DNA of 32,000 nucleotides, taken from positions 2,490,001 through 2,522,000 of the forward strand of contig NC_009483.1 in NCBI RefSeq assembly GCF_000016745.1, written 5' to 3'. Shown here one piece after another: positions 20,783-27,301 of the stretch; within the stretch, counting starts at the first letter, position 1; every line of letters begins with the position of its first letter. The notes under the pieces were generated by a model that was given only the letters and a program-made list of their open reading frames with translations, was not told the origin of the DNA and searched no databases. The stretch comes from Geotalea uraniireducens Rf4 (GTDB lineage: Bacteria > Desulfobacterota > Desulfuromonadia > Geobacterales > Geobacteraceae). A program made the position numbers and the translations under genes.

Positions 20783-21226
20783 CTACCTTAGACCTACCCT
20801 CTTCAGAATAATACCGAGATACTTGTTCAAAGGATTAGTTCTTTTCAGGAACGGGAGGACAGGAGGCTTTCTTGCGCCAAGTCTGTCCAGTTCAGCGGTA
20901 ATCTGAGGACTGTTCCCGTGCCCAAGGCCTTGACGGAATACCAGCATTGCTTCAGGTTTGTTCCCAAGAAGCATATATATTCGCCCAAGGTTCAGATAAT
21001 GAATCGAATTGTTTGGTTCCATCTCCATCGCCCCTTTGCATAGAGAAACGGCATTATTATATTGGCCGCGTTCTTTCGCCAGACAAAAGGCAAAGTATGA
21101 GCAAAAGGTAGGGTTATTCTCAAGCTGGAAAGCCTTTTCAAAATATGCCAACGCAGAAAGGCTGTCTCCGTTGTTGAGGGCGCTCAGTCCACGAGCAAAG
21201 AGTTTATCCGGCTCAGTACATGGCAT
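20783..21226 (-). CDS. small TPR-repeat protein
   Basis: 147 aa. Three or four TPR-like repeats (ALAYFEKAFQL, AVSLCKGAMEMEPNN, LNLGRIYMLLGNKPEAMLVFRQGL). Confidence 0.65.
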   Translation of the reverse strand: MPCTEPDKLFARGLSALNNGDSLSALAYFEKAFQLENNPTFCSYFAFCLAKERGQYNNAVSLCKGAMEMEPNNSIHYLNLGRIYMLLGNKPEAMLVFRQGLGHGNSPQITAELDRLGARKPPVLPFLKRTNPLNKYLGIILKRVGLR

Positions 21227-21493
21227 ACAGCTTCACTCCTTTGCGAACAAATCGATAACTACACTACTCAGCTTAGCATTACGCAAAGCTCATCATATTC
21301 TAAAGCCCACTGAATCTCCACCATTATTTACAGAAATACCACCGCAAGGTGGAACATAAACGGTTCCAGTGACGAGGTTTTGCTTCCTTCAAGAAAATAA
21401 TCTACAGTCTTATCGATCTGACTGATTCCCTTTTGGTATGCAATCGGCAGGATAAACGGTGAGAGAAACGACGATCAACAACTAGTCGCAAAT

Positions 21494-21525
21494 AAAAAAA
21501 GGGGTCAGACTTAATGTCTAACCCC
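21494..21525 (-). terminator. intrinsic terminator of tRNA-Ala
   Basis: Minus strand: GGGGUUAGAC-AUUAA-GUCUGACCCC followed by UUUUUUU, 10 nt after the tRNA CCA end. Confidence 0.8.
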
Positions 21526-21535
21526 TTGTTATTTA

Positions 21536-21611
<76 letters not shown>

Positions 21612-21625
21612 ATTCAAGAAAGTTG

Positions 21626-21654
21626 TTTATATCAAAACTGCTTTAACGTGTCAA
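21626..21654 (-). promoter_or_regulatory. promoter of tRNA-Ala
   Basis: Minus strand TTGACA (21654-21649), 17-nt spacer, TATAAA (21631-21626), about 15 nt upstream of the mature 5' end. Confidence 0.55.
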
Positions 21655-21699
21655 TCATTTTCTCTCACATTTTTTCTCACATTAAAATCAATTTCCTGC

Positions 21700-21728
21700 T
21701 TGACCCGCTGACAGTCATTCGTTATAAT
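21700..21728 (+). promoter_or_regulatory. promoter of tRNA-Leu
   Basis: TTGACC (21700-21705), 17-nt spacer, consensus TATAAT (21723-21728), 15 nt upstream of the tRNA. Confidence 0.6.
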
Positions 21729-21743
21729 CGCCACACAATTTAC

Positions 21744-21830
21744 GCCGGAGTGGTGAAATTGGTAGACGCACTGGACTCAAAATCCAGCGGGAGCAATCCC
21801 ATGCCGGTTCGACCCCGGCCTCCGGCACCA
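21744..21830 (+). tRNA. tRNA-Leu (anticodon CAA), type II with long variable arm
   Basis: GCCGGAGTGGTGAAATTGGTAGACGCACTGGACTCAAAATCCAGCGGGAGCAATCCCATGCCGGTTCGACCCCGGCCTCCGGCACCA. Anticodon loop CT-CAA-AA, 7-bp acceptor stem, encoded CCA. Closely resembles enterobacterial tRNA-Leu. Confidence 0.93.
21808..21830 (+). repeat. proximal copy of the 23-nt direct repeat (3' end of tRNA-Leu), candidate att core
   Basis: TTCGACCCCGGCCTCCGGCACCA recurs at 29639-29660 with a single G deleted. Confidence 0.55.
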
Positions 21831-21864
21831 TTTAACAATCCGATAAAGTACGAAGCAGCATGCG

Positions 21865-21893
21865 AAGCCCTGAGAAATCAGGGCTTTTTGTTT
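21865..21893 (+). terminator. intrinsic terminator after tRNA-Leu; homing-site hairpin of the group II intron
   Basis: AAGCCCTGA-GAAA-TCAGGGCTT followed by TTTGTTT. The intron 5' end (GTGCG) begins immediately after it, and the T-run resumes (TTTTATTG) after the intron 3' end. Confidence 0.75.
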
Positions 21894-22495
21894 GTGCGCC
21901 AGGCATGGCGCGTGGCGCGTAAGCGCCATCCAATTGGGTATGGTGCCTGATTGGTGACTTGGAGGTGAAAGTCCTCTTCGGACCCTGATGGTGGGAACCG
22001 ATAGCTGAACAGCAAGGGTGTCCGGGGCGACCCGGAATCTGAAGGAAGCTGTAGGCAAAGTCCTGGCCCGACGAACAGGAATCGCATATGAGGCAGCCAC
22101 ATCTGGGCGAGAAGGCAAACAGATTCAAAGCCCGATAACCATCCAGAAAGATGTGGAAGTAGATGCGGCGGGTATATGGGATGAAGGTCACGCGCATTAC
22201 CCTGGGAGGTCTGTCAACCTGCCTTGTGCTACCGGCATCGAGAGGTGCCGGGATGGGTTGGCAGAAGTCAGCAGAGGCCATACGAGTCGGAATAACCGAC
22301 CGACAAAGGGCCGAACTTGAAGTAAGCGGACAGGAGCCTTGAGTTTCGATGACGACAGGAGCAGCAGAAGGCCGGGTTGGGATACCCGGCGCCAGCCCGG
22401 AGGGTAGCGGTTGGAAACCGCGAGAGAAAGGGAGAGGTGCGGCAAACGTCACGGGAAGGAAAGCAGCTCACTGGCCGGAAGCGGCAACGGGACTG

Positions 22496-23752
22496 ATGGA
22501 GAAGATCGTCAGTCGCGGCAACATGATGGCGGCATACTCACGGGTAATGCGCAACAAGGGAGCGCCCGGCGTCGATAACATGCCGGTAACGGCCCTGAAG
22601 GGCTACCTACAGGAGGAATGGCCGCGCATCAGAGAAGAACTGCTGACGGGAACGTATCACCCGCAACCGGTGCGGAAAGTAGAAATTCCCAAACCGGGAG
22701 GCGGCACACGGATGCTGGGAATTCCCACCGTCCTTGACCGACTCATTCAGCAGGCGGTGCATCAAGTTTTGAGCCCGCTGTTCGACCCTGGTTTCTCCAT
22801 AAGTTCCCACGGGTTTCGCCCTGGACGGAGCGCCCATCAAGCGATCAAGGCAGCTCGGAAGTATGTAGAGAGCGGCCTTAGGTGGGTGGTTGACATTGAC
22901 CTTGAGAAATTTTTCGACCGAGTCCACCACGACACCCTTATGTCGCTGGTGAAACGCAAGGTTGGAGACCGTCTGGTGCTGTCCCTTATCGACAGCTACC
23001 TTAAGGCAGGGATACTTGAAGGAGGAGTGACGTCACCCCGGTTGGAAGGCACGCCGCAAGGCGGGCCTCTCTCGCCGCTGCTGTCCAACATCCTCCTCGA
23101 CGAACTGGACAAGAAACTGGAAAGAAGGGGCCATAAGTTCTGCCGCTATGCCGACGACGCAAATATCTATGTTGCAACGAGGAGAAGCGGCGAGCGTGTC
23201 ATGGCCTCAATTACCGGCTACCTGTCCGAGCGGCTCAAGCTCACGGTCAACCAGGGCAAAAGCGCGGTTGACCGTCCGTGGAAAAGGTCGTTTCTGAGTT
23301 ACAGCATGACCCGGCACCGCAAACCGCGGCTTACCGTGGCCAAGAAAGCGGCTGCCAGGCTCAAGGCCAACCTCAAGACGATCTTTAGGCGGGGAAGGGG
23401 TCAGAACATCCAAACCACCGTTGAAGAGACAACCCCGAAACTTAGGGGTTGGTTAAACTACTTTCGGTACGCGGAAGTAAAAGGCATCTTCGAGGAACTG
23501 GACGGATGGCTGAGACGTAAACTGCGTCGCATTCTCTGGAAGCAGTGGAAGCGCCCCAAGACGCGAGCAAAGAAACTGATGCGGCGGGGATTATCGGAGG
23601 CAACTGCATGGCGGTCGGCCACAAACGGCCGCGGCCCCTGGTGGAATGCAGGGGCCGCGCATATGAACAAAGCTGTTCCGAAATTCTACTTCGACAAACT
23701 GGGGCTGGTATCACTCATAGACCAGCTTCACCGACTTCAACGTACTTCATGA
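22496..23752 (+). CDS. group II intron reverse transcriptase/maturase (no endonuclease domain)
   Basis: Start taken at MEKIVSRGNMMAAY (ATG 22496); the longer track ORF from 22349 runs through ribozyme sequence. RT blocks PKPGGGTRMLGIPTVLDRLIQQA, HGFRPGRSAHQA, DIDLEKFFDRVHHD, GTPQGGPLSPLLSNILL and the YADD box (FCRYADDANIYV). Maturase X motif is LRGWLNYFRYA. The C-terminus ends ...FDKLGLVSL with no HNH Cys motifs. Confidence 0.9.
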   Translation: MEKIVSRGNMMAAYSRVMRNKGAPGVDNMPVTALKGYLQEEWPRIREELLTGTYHPQPVRKVEIPKPGGGTRMLGIPTVLDRLIQQAVHQVLSPLFDPGFSISSHGFRPGRSAHQAIKAARKYVESGLRWVVDIDLEKFFDRVHHDTLMSLVKRKVGDRLVLSLIDSYLKAGILEGGVTSPRLEGTPQGGPLSPLLSNILLDELDKKLERRGHKFCRYADDANIYVATRRSGERVMASITGYLSERLKLTVNQGKSAVDRPWKRSFLSYSMTRHRKPRLTVAKKAAARLKANLKTIFRRGRGQNIQTTVEETTPKLRGWLNYFRYAEVKGIFEELDGWLRRKLRRILWKQWKRPKTRAKKLMRRGLSEATAWRSATNGRGPWWNAGAAHMNKAVPKFYFDKLGLVSLIDQLHRLQRTS

Positions 23753-23784
23753 ACCGCCGTGTACGGAACCGTACGCACGGTGGT
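23753..23784 (+). ncRNA. group II intron domain V
   Basis: ACCGCCGUGUACG-GAAC-CGUACGCACGGUGGU. Lower 5-bp helix contains a CGC triad with a G.U wobble. There is a 2-nt AC bulge on the 3' strand and a 7-bp upper helix. This is the canonical domain V architecture. Confidence 0.8.
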
Positions 23785-23786
23785 GT

Positions 23787-23820
23787 GGGAGGACGGCGGG
23801 AGCAATCCCGCCTCCTACCC
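23787..23820 (+). ncRNA. group II intron domain VI with bulged branch-point A (23817)
   Basis: GGGAGGA-C-GGCGGGA-GCAA-UCCCGCC-UCCU-A-CCC. GNRA-capped helix with a single unpaired A, 6 nt before the proposed 3' splice site. Confidence 0.7.
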
Positions 23821-23825
23821 GATTT

Positions 23826-24206
23826 TTATTGTCCGTCGTTATTAACCATCGACCGGAACTCAAGATATGAGCTATCATAATCGGTCATGCTGGCGTAGAT
23901 GTAACATGCGAATGTAAGTTCAGCCAGATTCATAAAAACTATTCCTCTTCTTGCGCAGCAACCGTCCAGATACGTTTCAAAGGCAACTCAGCCTTCAAAT
24001 CCTCATCAAGTTTGTCATAGTGGGCAAAGAGCTGATCAAGTAGTTCGTTCCGCGTCCAAAGGTGCACAGTAAAGAAACTCGCTGCCAGTTCTTTTTGTAC
24101 ATTGCTCTTATAACCACTCCAGGAAACAAATGGGCGGGACGCTCAGCAAAACTCTTTTTCGCTTACAATTTCGGGTTCCAAATGGTTTCCCTCAAGAAAA
24201 ACCATC
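23826..24206 (-). pseudogene. decayed small ORFs between the intron and the IS (one frame with an internal TGA, plus a 36-codon ORF)
   Basis: Minus-strand frame: MVFLEGNHLEPEIVSEKEFC-TGA-ASRPFVSWSGYKSNVQKELAASFFTVHLWTRNELLDQLFAHYDKLDEDLKAELPLKRIWTVAAQEEE (stop at 23939-23941). It is followed 6 nt later by MNLAELTFACYIYASMTDYDSSYLEFRSMVNNDGQ (stop at 23826-23828). No family recognised and no convincing SD. Confidence 0.3.
24199..24206. repeat. left copy of the 8-bp target-site duplication AAACCATC
   Basis: The identical octamer directly abuts both IS ends (24199-24206 and 25532-25539). Confidence 0.8.
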
Positions 24207-25531
24207 GAGGGTGTAAAAAGGTTTGTGTAAATGGTCATTAGGGGGTACACCAAGTTACCCTAAGGAGATCACATGACTATTAACACCGACGTAATCGACG
24301 ATCTACTCAAACATTATAAGACCCCCGAAGAGATTCTAGGGGAAAACGGGCTGCTGAAGCAGTTGACCAAGGCTGTTCTTCAGCGGGCGCTCCAGGCTGA
24401 AATGACACTGCACCTCGGCCACGAGAAGCATGCTTCCGTTTCCGCCAAAGGTGGCAATGCACGCAATGGCTCGTCGGCAAAGACCATCAAAGGCGATTTT
24501 GGCACCATGCCGATTGAGGTCCCTCGTGACCGGGATAGCAGCTTTGAACCAGTCATCATTCCCAAAGGCCAAACCCGGTTCGCCGAGTTCGATGATAAGA
24601 TTATCTCCCTGTACTCCCGCGGGCTTACCACTCGTGAGATCCAGGGACACTTGGAGGAAATCTACGGTGTTGAAGTATCCCCCGCTCTGATTTCAATAGT
24701 GACTGAAGCAGTAGCTGAAGAGGTCAAAGCTTGGCAGAACCGCCCGTTGGATGCGCTTTATCCCATCGTTTACATGGATGCCATCAGGGTCAAAGCCAGA
24801 GGCAATGGCCATGTTGTGAACAAGGCTGTCTATCTGGCCATCGGCATCAACATAGACGGTGCCAAGGAAGTTCTGGGAATGTGGGTCTCCGAAAACGAAG
24901 GAGCCAAGTTCTGGTTGCAGGTTGTGACCGAACTTAAGAACCGTGGTGTCCAAGACATCTTCATTGCCTGCGTTGACGGCCTGAAGGGGTTCCCTGAGGC
25001 CATAGAAATAGTTTATCCCAACACTCAAGTCCAACTTTGCATCGTCCATATGGTACGCAATTCCTTGAAGTTCGTTTCGTGGAAACAACGCAAAGAAGTT
25101 GCGACAGATTTGAAGGTTATCTACCAGTCAGCGACCGCTGAGCAGGCCGAAATGGAACTGACAGCATTTGAGGCAAAATGGGACAAAACACACCCGACGA
25201 TCAGCCAGTCCTGGCGCCGGAACTGGGCGCAAGTTATACCATTTTTTGCCTATCCAGCTGATATACGAAAGGTTATTTACACAACCAATGCCATTGAATC
25301 ACTGAATATGTCACTCAGAAAGGTGACCAAAAACCGGGGCTCGTTTCCCAATGATGAGGCAATGTTCAAGTTACTATACCTGGCGCTGAGAAACATCGCG
25401 AAGAAATGGACCCTGCCGATCAGAGACTGGAAAGCTGCCATGAACCGCTTTTCCATTCTTTTTGAAGACAGAATGCCAAGCTATTAAAAACAGGGAACCA
25501 AAACCATTTACACAAAACTATTGACAGGCCC
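24207..25531 (+). mobile_element. IS256-family insertion sequence (1325 bp)
   Basis: Single mutator-type transposase ORF. Imperfect 29-bp terminal inverted repeats: GAGGGTGTAAAAAGGTTTGTGTAAATGGT at 24207-24235, against the reverse complement of 25503-25531, GGGCCTGTCAATAGTTTTGTGTAAATGGT (22/29 identical). Flanked by an 8-bp direct repeat, the size expected for IS256-family elements. Confidence 0.88.
24273..25487 (+). CDS. IS256-family (mutator-type) DDE transposase
   Basis: 404 aa with AAGGAG SD. Conserved blocks LKQLTKAVLQRALQAEMTLHLG, IVYMDAIRVK (D), FIACVDGLKGFPEAI (D), IYTTNAIESLNMSLRK (E). Confidence 0.93.
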   Translation: MTINTDVIDDLLKHYKTPEEILGENGLLKQLTKAVLQRALQAEMTLHLGHEKHASVSAKGGNARNGSSAKTIKGDFGTMPIEVPRDRDSSFEPVIIPKGQTRFAEFDDKIISLYSRGLTTREIQGHLEEIYGVEVSPALISIVTEAVAEEVKAWQNRPLDALYPIVYMDAIRVKARGNGHVVNKAVYLAIGINIDGAKEVLGMWVSENEGAKFWLQVVTELKNRGVQDIFIACVDGLKGFPEAIEIVYPNTQVQLCIVHMVRNSLKFVSWKQRKEVATDLKVIYQSATAEQAEMELTAFEAKWDKTHPTISQSWRRNWAQVIPFFAYPADIRKVIYTTNAIESLNMSLRKVTKNRGSFPNDEAMFKLLYLALRNIAKKWTLPIRDWKAAMNRFSILFEDRMPSY

Positions 25532-25539
25532 AAACCATC
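25532..25539. repeat. right copy of the 8-bp target-site duplication AAACCATC
   Basis: See the left copy. Confidence 0.8.
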
Positions 25540-25638
25540 CGAGAACTGAATATTTGTTTCAGAGTGTAGACATTACAACTTGACAAAAAGTTCACAGAAG
25601 TGTTAGCGATCCGATGGAGCGATACGTTATACGGTCTT

Positions 25639-26589
25639 CTATGGCCTTATCTCAACAATCGTACCATTTGGCGCTAACTTGGCAATTTCCTCTATTTCTT
25701 CGTCTGTTACGGCAATACACCCTTTCGTCCAGTCAACCTCTGTGTGAAAATCACCAACCCACGAGAAACCATTCTTAATTCCGTGGATCATGATGTTTCC
25801 GCCCGTAGAAACACCTAGTTCTTTTGCTCGCTTTTTGTCTCTCTCGTTTGGATAGGAAATATGAAGAGATAGGTGATAATGGCTGTCCTTGTTTCTTGAA
25901 TCGATGAAGTAGGTTCCCTCCGGGGTTTTGTTATCGCCTTGCCTTTCTTTTGGACCATTCGGGTTTCCCCCCAAGGCTATCTTGTAGGTTTTGAGCACCT
26001 CCCCCTTTGAGATCAACATCAATCGTCGTTCTTTTTTTTCTATCAGAATCTTATCTACCAATCCTTTCTGGATTGCAAAAGCAAAAACCTTTTGTTCTAG
26101 CGCTTTAATCTTTTTTTGCAGTGTAATAATTTCATTCCCCCTGCTTTCAACCTCTTGCTGGAGAGTCTCAATTTGTGTTTGCTGCGTGGTAATCATCTTA
26201 TCCTTGATAGTGACATTATTGATATAAAATATCATCCTCTCACTGTCCTGCCTGTACCCACTCCCTGGGTAGTCCTTTATGAGTTTCTGAAAACATTCCA
26301 GGGATTTCTGATAATCTTTTTGCTCATTCTTCGGATGCGCATAAATAATACCCATCTCGAATAGAACCCTGTCTCCCGTCGTGGGATATTTTTCAATAAT
26401 CTGCTCATATTTGTTCAGAGAGGCCTTGTAGTTTCCCTGGCTAAAAGAATTATTTGCTTCTTCGAAGGTTGACTTGGCCTGGAATCCTTCACTAAAGTGA
26501 CTGCATCCGCACATTAGAATTGATGTTATTATGATGCAGATAAAGAAAAAGAAAAGGTGCTCACCCTTCCTGCTTTGTTTTTTACCCAT
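25639..26589 (-). CDS. YafK/DpaA-like L,D-transpeptidase-fold lipoprotein with N-terminal TPR-like and coiled-coil region
   Basis: The C-terminal 150 aa, ERRLMLISKGEVLKTYKIALGGNPNGPKERQGDNKTPEGTYFI...YHLSLHISYPN...GGNIMIHG...DWTKGCIAVTDEEIEEI, match the YafK-type YkuD fold, including catalytic His and Cys. Start chosen at MGKKQSRKGEHLFFFFICIIITSILMCGC (26589, lipoprotein-like). ATG 26652 has a better SD (AAGGGGTGAGGAG), so the start is uncertain. Confidence 0.8.
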   Translation of the reverse strand: MGKKQSRKGEHLFFFFICIIITSILMCGCSHFSEGFQAKSTFEEANNSFSQGNYKASLNKYEQIIEKYPTTGDRVLFEMGIIYAHPKNEQKDYQKSLECFQKLIKDYPGSGYRQDSERMIFYINNVTIKDKMITTQQTQIETLQQEVESRGNEIITLQKKIKALEQKVFAFAIQKGLVDKILIEKKERRLMLISKGEVLKTYKIALGGNPNGPKERQGDNKTPEGTYFIDSRNKDSHYHLSLHISYPNERDKKRAKELGVSTGGNIMIHGIKNGFSWVGDFHTEVDWTKGCIAVTDEEIEEIAKLAPNGTIVEIRP

Positions 26590-26768
26590 ATATGTCAAAG
26601 ACGGTCTAAATCTTTTAGACAGTACAATTTGGAAGATTCTCAGTTCCCTCATCTCCTCACCCCTTGGCAGAAGCATCAGGAATATCTTGTGCTAAGAGCC
26701 TGATATCCTGGCTTAACAGGTTAAATGCTTGAGTCGTCCAGACAGACTTAAATGATGGATAAGGAAAT

Positions 26769-26790
26769 GGCAGGGTTTTGAGACCCTGCC
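26769..26790 (-). terminator. terminator hairpin after the Lpp-like gene
   Basis: Minus strand GGCAGGGU-CUCAAA-ACCCUGCC followed by AUUUCCUUAU. 8-bp GC-rich stem, 53 nt after the stop codon. Confidence 0.5.
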
Positions 26791-26843
26791 ACTTCATTAT
26801 CCGGAGCGCTAAAGGTAAAGTTAACAGCTCCCTTAAAATTGAC

Positions 26844-27122
26844 TTACTTCCTCATCGATTTCTGGAAAGCGGCGTCAGCTCTTTTCGCCTTTTCATCTGC
26901 GATCCTTTCCCTTTCCAATGCCGCCTTTTCAGCATCATCTGCCTTTAACTTGGCCACATCGGCTGCCGCCTTGGCAGCTTGCGCATCCTGCAATGCCTGA
27001 TCAGCTTTCGCATCAATCAGTTTTTGCTGCGCCTGCACTTTCTCGAGCTCACCGGTTGTTGCACAACCCATCATAGTAACGAGAACAAGCATCATTGAAA
27101 TCACCAAAAGACTTTTCTTCAT
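26844..27122 (-). CDS. Braun-lipoprotein-like small alpha-helical lipoprotein with C-terminal Lys
   Basis: 92 aa, strong SD (AAAGGAGGTG). Signal peptide ends ...LVTMMGC. The mature protein (about 73 aa) is Ala/Lys/Asp/Gln-rich with a heptad pattern (KVQAQQKLIDAKADQALQDAQAAKAAADVAKLKADDAEKAALE) and ends ...KSMRK. Compare E. coli Lpp, which ends ...TKYRK. Confidence 0.75.
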   Translation of the reverse strand: MKKSLLVISMMLVLVTMMGCATTGELEKVQAQQKLIDAKADQALQDAQAAKAAADVAKLKADDAEKAALERERIADEKAKRADAAFQKSMRK

Positions 27123-27301
27123 CTCTAATCACCTCCTTTCTGTTCAGTTTACATTATTTTAATAGTGACTGTTAAAATCCAGCGCTACTTCACAAATAAT
27201 ATTCACATTGGTTATTGATTGGTTGCAAGAACATATACCAGGAAGAGGGAACGCGTGAAGTTCACAATATCTCCCCTGAACATAAGAAAAGCTGGGATCG
27301 A

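Larger units (their letters stand above)
21894..23823 (+). mobile_element. group II intron (about 1.93 kb) with IIC-like features
   Basis: 5' GTGCG at 21894. A structured GC-rich region of about 600 nt has no credible ORF. The RT/maturase ORF lies in domain IV. Domain V follows directly after the stop codon and domain VI has a bulged A. The 3' end is placed at GAT 23823, give or take a few nt. Confidence 0.85.

Noticed and set aside
21339-21353. Small hairpin CCACC-GCAA-GGTGG between tRNA-Ala and the TPR gene
   Set aside because: It has only a 5-bp stem and no adjacent U-tract of note. tRNA-Ala already has a strong terminator at 21494-21525. It is likely incidental or a minor 5'-UTR structure.
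21777-22471. Several minus- and plus-strand ORFs (such as 21832..22452, 206 aa) and the 5' extension of the RT ORF from 22349
   Set aside because: They lie inside tRNA-Leu, its terminator and the structured 5' ribozyme part of the group II intron. They are Pro/Arg/Ser-rich GC-driven shadow frames. RT homology begins only at MEKIVSRGN (22496).
22349-23752. Alternative reading of the reverse transcriptase as a retron, DRT defence RT or diversity-generating retroelement
   Set aside because: The ORF has the maturase X motif (RGWLNYFRYA). It is embedded between a GTGCG 5' end and canonical domains V and VI. No msr/msd-like inverted repeats, template/variable repeats or effector gene are adjacent.
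24100-24145. Reading the in-frame TGA of the orphan minus-strand frame as selenocysteine (it follows a Cys codon)
   Set aside because: The only hairpin downstream (CCAUUU-loop-GAGUGG) relies on G.U pairs. It does not show the apical GGU-type loop or the spacing I would expect of a bacterial SECIS. The frame has no SD or recognisable family. A nonsense mutation in a pseudogene is simpler.
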